Origin: Macrostomum hystrix
Lineage: Eukaryota > Animalia > Platyhelminthes
Reading direction: 5' to 3'
NCBI GenBank assembly: GCA_950097015.1
Contig: CATNEN010000039.1
Coordinates: 3,844,001 to 3,908,000, forward strand
DNA length: 64,000 nt
The notes under the pieces were generated by a model, which worked only from the letters and a program-made list of their open reading frames with translations, was not told the origin of the DNA and searched no databases. A program made the position numbers and the translations under genes. Shown one piece after another: positions 25,321-40,600 of the stretch (its first letter is position 1; every line of letters begins with the position of its first letter).

Positions 25321-25686
25321 CATGAAAACCATGTATTTTAGAAGGTACATACGGAAAAAAACATGATAAATTTAGGGAATAAATTTCTGTTTTGTTTTCT
25401 TTACTCTTTTGACGTGCAAGAAATAAACAGACTGGACTATGCACTGCGCTTCCAATGGGCTGCTTTGTTAATCATTCAACGCTTAATTGACTTATTTTGT
25501 GCGTTTTCTTGGCAGTACGGATCGCCTACGTTCCATGAAGCAGAATATTTAACAAGAGTTCCAATTATAAATATATCTTCATAGGGCATCAGAGTATTAG
25601 TTTATAATTTCCTATGCACCTCTAAACCATAGGTCCGCACACAGTCTAAGTACTATTTATCAGCGGAGGTAGTGGTACGCCCCAAC

Positions 25687-28600
25687 TGAGTGTGACACCA
25701 CCTCAATTCTAACAGGTGAGTGTGACACCACCTCAATTCTAACAGGTGAGTGTGACACCACCTCAATTCTAACAGGTGAGTGTGACACCACCTCAATTCT
25801 AACAGGTGAGTGTGACACCACCTCAATTCTAACAGGTGAGTGTGACACCACCTAAATTATAACAGGATAAAGTGACACCACCTTAATTCTAACAGGATAA
25901 ATTGACACCACCTTAATTCTAACAGGTGAGTGTGACACCACCTCAATTCTAACAGGTGAGTGTGACACCACCTCAATTCTAACAGGATAAAGTGACACCA
26001 CCTTAATTCTAACAGGTGAGTGTGACACCACCTCAATTATAACAGGTGAGTGTGACACCACCTCAATTCTAACAGGATAGAGTGACACCACCTCAATTCT
26101 AACAGGATAAAGTGACACCACCTTAATTCTAACAGGATAAAGTGACACCACCTCAATTCTAACAGGTGAGTGTGACACCACCTCAATTATAACAGGTGAG
26201 TGTGACACCACCTCAATTCTAACAGGATAGAGTGACACCACCTTAATTCTAACAGGATAAAGTGACACCACCTCAATTCTAACAGGTGAGTGTGACACCA
26301 CCTCAATTCTAACAGGTGAGTGTGACACCACCTCAATTATAACAGGTGAGTGTGACACCACCTCAATTCTAACAGGATAGAGTGACACCACCTCAATTCT
26401 AACAGGTGAGTGTGACACCACCTCAATTCTAACAGGTGAGTGTGACACCACCTTAATTCTAACAGGATAAAGTGACACCACCTCAATTCTAACAGGTGAG
26501 TGTGACACCACCTCAATTCTAACAGGATAGAGTGACACCACCTCAATTCTAACAGGTGAGTGTGACACCACCTCAATTCTAACAGGTGAGTGTGACACCA
26601 CCTCAATTCTAACAGGATAGAGTGACACCACCTCAATTCTAACAGGTGAGTGTGACACCACCTCAATTCTAACAGGTGAGTGTGACACCACCTCAATTCT
26701 AACAGGTGAGTGTGACACCACCTTAATTCTAACAGGATAAAGTGACACTACCTCAATTCTAAGAGGATAGAGTGACACTACCTCAATTCTAACAGGTGAG
26801 TGTGACACCACCTAAATTCTAACAGGATAGAGTGACACCACCTCAATTCTAACAGGTGAGTGTGACACCACCTCAATTCTAACAGGTGAGTGTGACACCA
26901 CCTCAATTCTAACAGGTGAGTGTGACACCACCTTAATTCTAACAGGATAAAGTGACACTACCTCAATTCTAAGAGGATAGAGTGACACTACCTCAATTCT
27001 AACAGGTGAGTGTGACACCACCTAAATTATAACAGGATAAAGTGACACCACCTTAATTCTAACAGGATAAATTGACACCACCTTAATTCTAACAGGATAA
27101 AGTGACACTACCTCAATTCTAACAGGTGAGTGTGACAGCACCTCAATTCTAACAGGTGAGTGTGACACCACCTAAATTATAACAGGATAGAGTGACACTA
27201 CCTCAATTCTAACAGGATTGGGTGACACCACCTCAATTCTAACAGGATAGAGTGACACCACCTCAATTCTAACAGGTGAGTGTGACACCACCTCAATTCT
27301 AACAGGTGAGTGTGACACCACCTCAATTCTAACAGGTGAGTGTGACACCACCTCAATTCTAACAGGTGAGTGTGACACCACCTCAATTCTAACAGGTGAG
27401 TGTGACACCACCTCAATTCTAACAGGTGAGTGTGACACCACCTAAATTATAACAGGATAAAGTGACACCACCTTAATTCTAACAGGATAAATTGACACCA
27501 CCTTAATTCAAACAGGATAAAGTGACACTACCTCAATTCTAACAGGTGAGTGTGACAGCACCTCAATTCTAACAGGATAGAGTGACACTACCCCAATTCT
27601 AACAGGATAGAGTGACACTACCTCAATTCTAACAGGATAGAGTGACACTACCTCAATTCTAAGAGGATAGAGTGACACTACCTCAATTCTAAGAGGATAG
27701 AGTGACACTACCTCAATTCTAAGAGGATAAAGTGACACCACCTCAATTATAATAGGATAGAGTGACACAACCTCAATTCTAACAGGTGAGTGTGACACCA
27801 CCTCAATTCTAACAGGATAGAGTGACACCACCTCAATTCTAACAGGTGAGTGTGACACCACCTCAATTCTAACAGGTGAGTGGGACACCACCTCAATTAT
27901 AACAGGTGAGTGTGACACCACCTCAATTCTAACAGGATAGTGTGACACCACCTAAATTCTAACAGGTGAGTGTGACACCACCTCAATTCTAACAGGATAG
28001 AGTGACACCACCTCAATTCTAATAGGATAGAGTGACACCACCTAAATTCTAACAGGATAGAGTGACACCACCTCAATTCTAACAGGATAGTGTGACACCA
28101 CCTCAATTCTAACAGGATAGAGTGACACCACCTAAATTCTAACAGGTGAGTGTGACACCACCTCAATTCTAACAGGATAGAGTGACACCACCTAAATTCT
28201 AACAGGTGAGTGTGACACCACCTAAATTCTAACAGGATAGTGTGACACCACCTAAATTCTAACAGGTGAGTGTGACACCACCTAAATTCTAACAGGTGAG
28301 TGTGACACCACCTAAATTCTAACAGGATAGAGTGACACCACCTCAATTCTAACAGGTGAGTGTGACACCACCTCAATTCTAACAGGTGAGTGTGACACCA
28401 CCTCAATTATAACAGGTGAGTGTGACACCACCTCAATTCTAACAGGATAGAGTGACACCACCTCAATTCTAACAGGTGAGTGTGACACCACCTCAATTCT
28501 AACAGGTGAGTGTGACACCACCTTAATTCTAACAGGATAAAGTGACACCACCTCAATTCTAACAGGTGAGTGTGACACCACCTCAATTCTAACAGGATAG

Positions 28601-31600
28601 AGTGACACCACCTCAATTCTAACAGGTGAGTGTGACACCACCTCAATTCTAACAGGTGAGTGTGACACCACCTCAATTCTAACAGGATAGAGTGACACCA
28701 CCTCAATTCTAACAGGTGAGTGTGACACCACCTCAATTCTAACAGGTGAGTGTGACACCACCTCAATTCTAACAGGTGAGTGTGACACCACCTCAATTCT
28801 AACAGGATAAAGTGACACTACCTCAATTCTAAGAGGATAGAGTGACACTACCTCAATTCTAACAGGTGAGTGTGACACCACCTAAATTCTAACAGGATAG
28901 AGTGACACCACCTCAATTCTAACAGGTGAGTGTGACACCACCTCAATTCTAACAGGTGAGTGTGACACCACCTCAATTCTAACAGGTGAGTGTGACACCA
29001 CCTTAATTCTAACAGGATAAAGTGACACTACCTCAATTCTAAGAGGATAGAGTGACACTACCTCAATTCTAACAGGTGAGTGTGACAGCACCTCAATTCT
29101 AACAGGTGAGTGTGACACCACCTAAATTATAACAGGATAGAGTGACACTACCTCAATTCTAACAGGATTGGGTGACACCACCTCAATTCTAACAGGATAG
29201 AGTGACACCACCTCAATTCTAACAGGTGAGTGTGACACCACCTCAATTCTAACAGGTGAGTGTGACACCACCTCAATTCTTACAGGTGAGTGTGACACCA
29301 CCTCAATTCTAACAGGTGAGTGTGACACCACCTTAATTCTAACAGGATAAAGTGACACTACCTCAATTCTAAGAGGATAGAGTGACACTACCTCAATTCT
29401 AACAGGTGAGTGTGACACCACCTAAATTATAACAGGATAAAGTGACACCACCTTAATTCTAACAGGATAAATTGACACCACCTTAATTCTAACAGGATAA
29501 AGTGACACTACCTCAATTCTAACAGGTGAGTGTGACAGCACCTCAATTCTAACAGGTGAGTGTGACACCACCTAAATTATAACAGGATAGAGTGACACTA
29601 CCTCAATTCTAACAGGATTGGGTGACACCACCTCAATTCTAACAGGATAGAGTGACACCACCTCAATTCTAACAGGTGAGTGTGACACCACCTCAATTCT
29701 TACAGGTGAGTGTGACACCACCTCAATTCTAACAGGTGAGTGTGACACCACCTCAATTCTAACAGGTGAGTGTGACACCACCTCAATTCTAACAGGTGAG
29801 TGTGACACCACCTAAATTATAACAGGATAAAGTGACACCACCTTAATTCTAACAGGATAAATTGACACCACCTTAATTCTAACAGGATAAAGTGACACTA
29901 CCTCAATTCTAACAGGTGAGTGTGACAGCACCTCAATTCTAACAGGATAGAGTGACACCACCTCAATTCTAACAGGATAGAGTGACACCACCTCATTTCT
30001 AACAGGATAGAGTGACACTACCTCAATTCTAACAGGATAGAGTGACACTACCTCAATTCTAACAGGATAGAGTGACACTACCTCAATTCTAACAGGATAG
30101 AGTGACACTACCTCAATTCTAACAAGATAGAGTGACACTACCTCAATTCTAAGAGGATAGAGTGACACTACCTCAATTCTAAGAGGATAGAGTGACACAA
30201 CCACAATTCTAAGAGGATAAAGTGACACCACCTCAATTATAATAGGATAGAGTGACACCACCTCAATTCTAACAGGATAGAGTGACACCACCTCAATTCT
30301 AACAGGTGAGTGTGACACCACCTCAATTCTAACAGGATAGAGTGACACCACCTCAATTCTAACAGGTGAGTGTGACACCACCTCAATTCTAACAGGTGAG
30401 TGGGACACCACCTCAATTATAACAGGTGAGTGTGACACCACCTCAATTCTAACAGGATAGTGTGACACCACCTAAATTCTAACAGGTGAGTGTGACACCA
30501 CCTCAATTCTAACAGGATAGAGTGACACCACCTCAATTCTAATAGGATAGAGTGACACCACCTAAATTCTAACAGGATAGAGTGACACCACCTCAATTCT
30601 AACAGGATAGTGTGACACCACCTCAATTCTAACAGGATAGAGTGACACCACCTAAATTCTAACAGGTGAGTGTGACACCACCTCAATTCTAACAGGATAG
30701 AGTGACACCACCTAAATTCTAACAGGTGAGTGTGACACCACCTAAATTCTAACAGGATAGTGTGACACCACCTAAATTCTAACAGGTGAGTGTGACACCA
30801 CCTTAATTCTAACAGGTGAGTGTGACACCACCTCAATTCTAACAGGATAGAGTGACACCACCTCAAATCTAACAGGATAAAGTGACACCACCTCAATTCT
30901 AACAGGATAAATTGACACCACCTAAATTCTAACAGGATAGTGTGACACCACCTAAATTCTAACAGGTGAGTGTGACACCACCTAAATACTAACAGGTGAG
31001 TGTGACACCACCTCAATTCTAACAGGTGAGTGTGACAGCACCTCAATTCTAACAGGATAGAGTGACACCACCTAAATTCTAACAGGATAAATTGACACCA
31101 CCTAAATTCTAACAGGATAGTGTGACACCACCTAAATTCTAACAGGTGAGTAAGACACCACCTAAATTCTAACAGGATAGTGTGACACCACCTAAATTCT
31201 AACAGGTGAGTGTGACACCACCTAAATTCTAACAGGTGAGTGTGACACCACCTCAATTCTAACAGGTGAGTGTGACAGCACCTCAATTCTAATAGGTGAG
31301 TGTGACACCACCTTAATTCTAACAGGTGAGTGTGACACCACCTCAATTCTAACAGGTGAGTGTGACACCACCTTAATTCTAACAGGATAAAGTGACACTA
31401 CCTCAATTCTAAGAGGATAGAGTGACACTACCTCAATTCTAACAGGTGAGTGTGACAGCACCTCAATTCTAACAGGTGAGTGTGACACCACCTAAATTAT
31501 AACAGGATAGAGTGACACTACCTCAATTCTAACAGGATTGGGTGACACCACCTCAATTCTAACAGGATAGAGTGATACCACCTCAATTCTAACAGGTGAG

Positions 31601-34600
31601 TGTGACACCACCTCAATTCTAACAGGTGAGTGTGACACCACCTCAATTCTTACAGGTGAGTGTGACACCACCTCAATTCTAACAGGTGAGTGTGACACCA
31701 CCTTAATTCTAACAGGATAAAGTGACACTACCTCAATTCTAAGAGGATAGAGTGACACTACCTCAATTCTAACAGGTGAGTGTGACACCACCTAAATTAT
31801 AACAGGATAAAGTGACACCACCTTAATTCTAACAGGATAAATTGACACCACCTTAATTCTAACAGGATAAAGTGACACTACCTCAATTCTAACAGGTGAG
31901 TGTGACAGCACCTCAATTCTAACAGGTGAGTGTGACACCACCTAAATTATAACAGGATAGAGTGACACTACCTCAATTCTAACAGGATTGGGTGACACCA
32001 CCTCAATTCTAACAGGATAGAGTGACACCACCTCAATTCTAACAGGTGAGTGTGACACCACCTCAATTCTAACAGGTGAGTGTGACACCACCTCAATTCT
32101 TACAGGTGAGTGTGACACCACCTCAATTCTAACAGGTGAGTGTGACACCACCTCAATTCTAACAGGTGAGTGTGACACCACCTCAATTCTAACAGGTGAG
32201 TGTGACACCACCTCAATTCTAACAGGTGAGTGTGACACCACCTAAATTATAACAGGATAAAGTGACACCACCTTAATTCTAACAGGATAAATTGACACCA
32301 CCTTAATTCTAACAGGATAAAGTGACACTACCTCAATTCTAACAGGTGAGTGTGACAGCACCTCAATTCTAACAGGATAGAGTGACACCACCTCAATTCT
32401 AACAGGATAGAGTGACACCACCTTAATTCTAACAGGATAAAGTGACACCACCTCATTTCTAACAGGATAGAGTGACACTACCTCAATTCTAACAGGATAG
32501 AGTGACACTACCTCAATTCTAACAGGATAGAGTGACACTACCTCAATTCTAACAGGATAGAGTGACACTACCTCAATTCTAACAAGATAGAGTGACACTA
32601 CCTCAATTCTAAGAGGATAGAGTGACACTACCTCAATTCTAAGAGGATAGAGTGACACAACCACAATTCTAAGAGGATAAAGTGACACCACCTCAATTAT
32701 AATAGGATAGAGTGACACCACCTCAATTCTAACAGGATAGAGTGACACCACCTCAATTCTAACAGGTGAGTGTGACACCACCTCAATTCTAACAGGATAG
32801 AGTGACACCACCTCAATTCTAACAGGTGAGTGTGACACCACCTCAATTCTAACAGGTGAGTGGGACACCACCTCAATTATAACAGGTGAGTGTGACACCA
32901 CCTCAATTCTAACAGGATAGTGTGACACCACCTAAATTCTAACAGGTGAGTGTGACACCACCTCAATTCTAACAGGATAGAGTGACACCACCTCAATTCT
33001 AATAGGATAGAGTGACACCACCTAAATTCTAACAGGATAGAGTGACACCACCTCAATTCTAACAGGATAGTGTGACACCACCTCAATTCTAACAGGATAG
33101 AGTGACACCACCTAAATTCTAACAGGTGAGTGTGACACCACCTCAATTCTAACAGGATAGAGTGACACCACCTAAATTCTAACAGGTGAGTGTGACACCA
33201 CCTAAATTCTAACAGGATAGTGTGACACCACCTAAATTCTAACAGGTGAGTGTGACACCACCTTAATTCTAACAGGTGAGTGTGACACCACCTCAATTCT
33301 AACAGGATAGAGTGACACCACCTCAAATCTAACAGGATAAAGTGACACCACCTCAATTCTAACAGGATAAATTGACACCACCTAAATTCTAACAGGATAG
33401 TGTGACACCACCTAAATTCTAACAGGTGAGTGTGACACCACCTAAATTCTAACAGGTGAGTGTGACACCACCTCAATTCTAACAGGTGAGTGTGACAGCA
33501 CCTCAATTCTAACAGGATAGAGTGACACCACCTAAATTCTAACAGGATAAATTGACACCACCTAAATTCTAACAGGATAGTGTGACACCACCTAAATTCT
33601 AACAGGTGAGTAAGACACCACCTAAATTCTAACAGGATAGTGTGACACCACCTAAATTCTAACAGGTGAGTGTGACACCACCTAAATTCTAACAGGTGAG
33701 TGTGACACCACCTCAATTCTAACAGGTGAGTGTGACAGCACCTCAATTCTAACAGGATAGAGTGACACAACCTCAATTCTAACAGGATAGAGTGACACCA
33801 CCTCAATTCTAACAGGTGAGTGTGACACCACCTCAATTCTAACAGGTGAGTGGGACACCACCTCAATTATAACAGGTGAGTGTGACACCACCTAAATTCT
33901 AACAGGATAGTGTGACACCACCTAAATTCTAACAGGTGAGTGTGACACCACCTCAATTCTAACAGGATAGAGTGACACCACCTCAATTCTAATAGGATAG
34001 AGTGACACCACCTAAATTCTAACAGGATAGAGTGACACCACCTCAATTCTAACAGGATAGTGTGACACCACCTCAATTCTAACAGGATAGAGTGACACCA
34101 CCTAAATTCTAACAGGTGAGTGTGACACCACCTCAATTCTAACAGGATAGAGTGACACCACCTAAATTCTAACAGGTGAGTGTGACACCACCTAAATTCT
34201 AACAGGATAGTGTGACACCACCTAAATTCTAACAGGTGAGTGTGACACCACCTAAATTCTAACAGGTGAGTGTGACACCACCTAAATTCTAACAGGATAG
34301 AGTGACACCACCTCAATTCTAACAGGTGAGTGTGACACCACCTCAATTCTAACAGGTGAGTGTGACACCACCTCAATTATAACAGGTGAGTGTGACACCA
34401 CCTCAATTCTAACAGGATAGAGTGACACCACCTCAATTCTAACAGGTGAGTGTGACACCACCTCAATTCTAACAGGTGAGTGTGACACCACCTTAATTCT
34501 AACAGGATAAAGTGACACTACCTCAATTCTAACAGGTGAGTGTGACACCACCTCAATTCTAACAGGATAGAGTGACACCACCTCAATTCTAACAGGTGAG

Positions 34601-37600
34601 TGTGACACCACCTCAATTCTAACAGGTGAGTGTGACACCACCTCAATTCTAACAGGATAGAGTGACACCACCTAAATTATAACAGGATAAAGTGACACCA
34701 CCTTAATTCTAACAGGATAAATTGACACCACCTTAATTCTAACAGGATAAAGTGACACTACCTCAATTCTAACAGGTGAGTGTGACAGCACCTCAATTCT
34801 AACAGGATAGAGTGACACCACCTCAATTCTAACAGGATAGAGTGACACCACCTTAATTCTAACAGGATAAAGTGACACCACCTCATTTCTAACAGGATAG
34901 AGTGACACTACCTCAATTCTAACAGGATAGAGTGACACTACCTCAATTCTAACAGGATAGAGTGACACTACCTCAATTCTAACAGGATAGAGTGACACTA
35001 CCTCAATTCTAACAAGATAGAGTGACACTACCTCAATTCTAAGAGGATAGAGTGACACTACCTCAATTCTAAGAGGATAGAGTGACACAACCACAATTCT
35101 AAGAGGATAAAGTGACACCACCTCAATTATAATAGGATAGAGTGACACCACCTCAATTCTAACAGGATAGAGTGACACCACCTCAATTCTAACAGGTGAG
35201 TGTGACACCACCTCAATTCTAACAGGATAGAGTGACACCACCTCAATTCTAACAGGTGAGTGTGACACCACCTCAATTCTAACAGGTGAGTGGGACACCA
35301 CCTCAATTATAACAGGTGAGTGTGACACCACCTCAATTCTAACAGGATAGTGTGACACCACCTAAATTCTAACAGGTGAGTGTGACACCACCTCAATTCT
35401 AACAGGATAGAGTGACACCACCTCAATTCTAATAGGATAGAGTGACACCACCTAAATTCTAACAGGATAGAGTGACACCACCTCAATTCTAACAGGATAG
35501 TGTGACACCACCTCAATTCTAACAGGATAGAGTGACACCACCTAAATTCTAACAGGTGAGTGTGACACCACCTCAATTCTAACAGGATAGAGTGACACCA
35601 CCTAAATTCTAACAGGTGAGTGTGACACCACCTAAATTCTAACAGGATAGTGTGACACCACCTAAATTCTAACAGGTGAGTGTGACACCACCTTAATTCT
35701 AACAGGTGAGTGTGACACCACCTCAATTCTAACAGGATAGAGTGACACCACCTCAAATCTAACAGGATAAAGTGACACCACCTCAATTCTAACAGGATAA
35801 ATTGACACCACCTAAATTCTAACAGGATAGTGTGACACCACCTAAATTCTAACAGGTGAGTGTGACACCACCTAAATTCTAACAGGTGAGTGTGACACCA
35901 CCTCAATTCTAACAGGTGAGTGTGACAGCACCTCAATTCTAACAGGATAGAGTGACACCACCTAAATTCTAACAGGATAAATTGACACCACCTAAATTCT
36001 AACAGGATAGTGTGACACCACCTAAATTCTAACAGGTGAGTAAGACACCACCTAAATTCTAACAGGATAGTGTGACACCACCTAAATTCTAACAGGTGAG
36101 TGTGACACCACCTAAATTCTAACAGGTGAGTGTGACACCACCTCAATTCTAACAGGTGAGTGTGACAGCACCTCAATTCTAACAGGATAGAGTGACACAA
36201 CCTCAATTCTAACAGGATAGAGTGACACCACCTCAATTCTAACAGGTGAGTGTGACACCACCTCAATTCTAACAGGTGAGTGGGACACCACCTCAATTAT
36301 AACAGGTGAGTGTGACACCACCTAAATTCTAACAGGATAGTGTGACACCACCTAAATTCTAACAGGTGAGTGTGACACCACCTCAATTCTAACAGGATAG
36401 AGTGACACCACCTCAATTCTAATAGGATAGAGTGACACCACCTAAATTCTAACAGGATAGAGTGACACCACCTCAATTCTAACAGGATAGTGTGACACCA
36501 CCTCAATTCTAACAGGATAGAGTGACACCACCTAAATTCTAACAGGTGAGTGTGACACCACCTCAATTCTAACAGGATAGAGTGACACCACCTAAATTCT
36601 AACAGGTGAGTGTGACACCACCTAAATTCTAACAGGATAGTGTGACCCCACCTAAATTCTAACAGGTGAGTGTGACACCACCTAAATTCTAACAGGTGAG
36701 TGTGACACCACCTAAATTCTAACAGGATAGAGTGACACCACCTCAATTCTAACAGGTGAGTGTGACACCACCTCAATTCTAACAGGTGAGTGTGACACCA
36801 CCTCAATTATAACAGGTGAGTGTGACACCACCTCAATTCTAACAGGATAGAGTGACACCACCTCAATTCTAACAGGTGAGTGTGACACCACCTCAATTCT
36901 AACAGGTGAGTGTGACACCACCTTAATTCTAACAGGATAAAGTGACACTACCTCAATTCTAACAGGTGAGTGTGACACCACCTCAATTCTAACAGGATAG
37001 AGTGACACCACCTCAATTCTAACAGGTGAGTGTGACACCACCTCAATTCTAACAGGTGAGTGTGACACCACCTCAATTCTAACAGGATAGAGTGACACCA
37101 CCTCAATTCTAACAGGTGAGTGTGACACCACCTCAATTCTAACAGGTGAGTGTGACACCACCTCAATTCTAACAGGTGAGTGTGACACCACCTCAATTCT
37201 AACAGGTGAGTGTGACACCACCTAAATTATAACAGGATAAAGTGACACCACCTTAATTCTAACAGGATAAATTGACACCACCTTAATTCTAACAGGATAA
37301 AGTGACACTACCTCAATTCTAACAGGTGAGTGTGACAGCACCTCAATTCTAACAGGATAGAGTGACACCACCTCAATTCTAACAGGATAGAGTGACACCA
37401 CCTTAATTCTAACAGGATAAAGTGACACCACCTCAATTCTAACAGGATAGAGTGACACTACCTCAATTCTAACAGGATAGAGTGACACTACCTCAATTCT
37501 AACAGGATAGAGTGACACTACCTCAATTCTAACAAGATAGAGTGACACTACCTCAATTCTAAGAGGATAGAGTGACACTACCTCAATTCTAAGAGGATAG

Positions 37601-40600
37601 AGTGACACTACCTCAATTCTAAGAGGATAAAGTGACACCACCTCAATTATAATAGGATAGAGTGACACCACCTCAATTCTAACAGGATAGAGTGACACCA
37701 CCTCAATTCTAACAGGTGAGTGTGACACCACCTCAATTCTAACAGGATAGAGTGACACCACCTCAATTCTAACAGGTGAGTGTGACACCACCTCAATTCT
37801 AACAGGTGAGTGGGACACCACCTCAATTATAACAGGTGAGTGTGACACCACCTCAATTCTAACAGGATAGTGTGACACCACCTAAATTCTAACAGGTGAG
37901 TGTGACACCACCTCAATTCTAACAGGATAGAGTGACACCACCTAAATTCTAACAGGTGAGTGTGACACCACCTCAATTCTAACAGGTGAGTGTGACAGCA
38001 CCTCAATTCTAACAGGATAGAGTGACACAACCTCAATTCTAACAGGATAGAGTGACACCACCTCAATTCTAACAGGTGAGTGTGACACCACCTCAATTCT
38101 AACAGGTGAGTGGGACACCACCTCAATTATAACAGGTGAGTGTGACACCACCTAAATTCTAACAGGATAGTGTGACACCACCTAAATTCTAACAGGTGAG
38201 TGTGACACCACCTCAATTCTAACAGGATAGAGTGACACCACCTCAATTCTAATAGGATAGAGTGACACCACCTAAATTCTAACAGGATAGAGTGACACCA
38301 CCTCAATTCTAACAGGATAGTGTGACACCACCTCAATTCTAACAGGATAGAGTGACACCACCTAAATTCTAACAGGTGAGTGTGACAGCACCTCAATTCT
38401 AACAGGATAGAGTGACACCACCTAAATTCTAACAGGTGAGTGTGACACCACCTAAATTCTAACAGGATAGTGTGACACCACCTAAATTCTAACAGGTGAG
38501 TGTGACACCACCTAAATTCTAACAGGTGAGTGTGACACCACCTAAATTCTAACAGGATAGAGTGACACCACCTCAATTCTAACAGGTGAGTGTGACACCA
38601 CCTCAATTCTAACAGGTGAGTGTGACACCACCTCAATTATAACAGGTGAGTGTGACACCACCTCAATTCTAACAGGATAGAGTGACACCACCTGAATTCT
38701 AACAGGTGAGTGTGACACCACCTCAATTCTAACAGGTGAGTGTGACACCACCTTAATTCTAACAGGATAAAGTGACACTACCTCAATTCTAACAGGTGAG
38801 TGTGACACCACCTCAATTCTAACAGGATAGAGTGACACCACCTCAATTCTAACAGGTGAGTGTGACACCACCTCAATTCTAACAGGTGAGTGTGACACCA
38901 CCTCAATTCTAACAGGATAGAGTGACACCACCTCAATTCTAACAGGTGAGTGTGACACCACCTCAATTCTAACAGGTGAGTGTGACACCACCTCAATTCT
39001 AACAGGTGAGTGTGACACCACCTCAATTCTAACAGGTGAGTGTGACACCACCTAAATTATAACAGGATAAAGTGACACCACCTTAATTCTAACAGGATAA
39101 ATTGACACCACCTTAATTCTAACAGGATAAAGTGACACTACCTCAATTCTAACAGGTGAGTGTGACAGCACCTCAATTCTAACAGGATAGAGTGACACCA
39201 CCTCAATTCTAACAGGATAGAGTGACACCACCTTAATTCTAACAGGATAAAGTGACACCACCTCAATTCTAACAGGATAGAGTGACACTACCTCAATTCT
39301 AACAGGATAGAGTGACACTACCTCAATTCTAACAGGATAGAGTGACACTACCTCAATTCTAACAAGATAGAGTGACACTACCTCAATTCTAAGAGGATAG
39401 AGTGACACTACCTCAATTCTAAGAGGATAGAGTGACACTACCTCAATTCTAAGAGGATAAAGTGACACCACCTCAATTATAATAGGATAGAGTGACACCA
39501 CCTCAATTCTAACAGGATAGAGTGACACCACCTCAATTCTAACAGGTGAGTGTGACACCACCTCAATTCTAACAGGATAGAGTGACACCACCTCAATTCT
39601 AACAGGTGAGTGTGACACCACCTCAATTCTAACAGGTGAGTGGGACACCACCTCAATTATAACAGGTGAGTGTGACACCACCTCAATTCTAACAGGATAG
39701 TGTGACACCACCTAAATTCTAACAGGTGAGTGTGACACCACCTCAATTCTAACAGGATAGAGTGACACCACCTCAATTCTAATAGGATAGAGTGACACCA
39801 CCTAAATTCTAACAGGATAGAGTGACACCACCTCAATTCTAACAGGTGAGTGTGACACCACCTCAATTCTAACAGGATAGAGTGACACCACCTCAATTAT
39901 AACAGGTGAGTGTGACACCACCTCAATTCTAACAGGATAGTGTGACACCACCTAAATTCTAACAGGTGAGTGTGACACCACCTCAATTCTAACAGGATAG
40001 AGTGACACCACCTTAATTCTAATAGGATAGAGTGACACCACCTAAATTCTAACAGGATAGAGTGACACCACCTCAATTCTAACAGGATAGTGTGACACCA
40101 CCTCAATTCTAACAGGATAGAGTGACACCACCTAAATTCTAACAGGTGAGTGTGACACCACCTCAATTCTAACAGGATAGAGTGACACCACCTAAATTCT
40201 AACAGGTGAGTGTGACACCACCTAAATTCTAACAGGATAGTGTGACACCACCTAAATTCTAACAGGATAGAGTGACACCACCTCAATTCTAACAGGTGAG
40301 TGTGACACCACCTAAATTCTAACAGGATAGTGTGACACCACCTCAATTCTAACATGATAGAGTGACACCACCTAAATTCTAACAGGTGAGTGTGACACCA
40401 CCTTAATTCTAACAGGTGAGTGTGACACCACCTCAATTCTAACAGGATAGAGTGACACCACCTTAATTCTAACAGGATAAAGTGACACCACCTCAATTCT
40501 AACAGGATAGAGTGACACTACCTCAATTCTAACAGGATAGAGTGACACTACCTCAATTCTAACAGGATAGAGTGACACTACCTCAATTCTAACAAGATAG

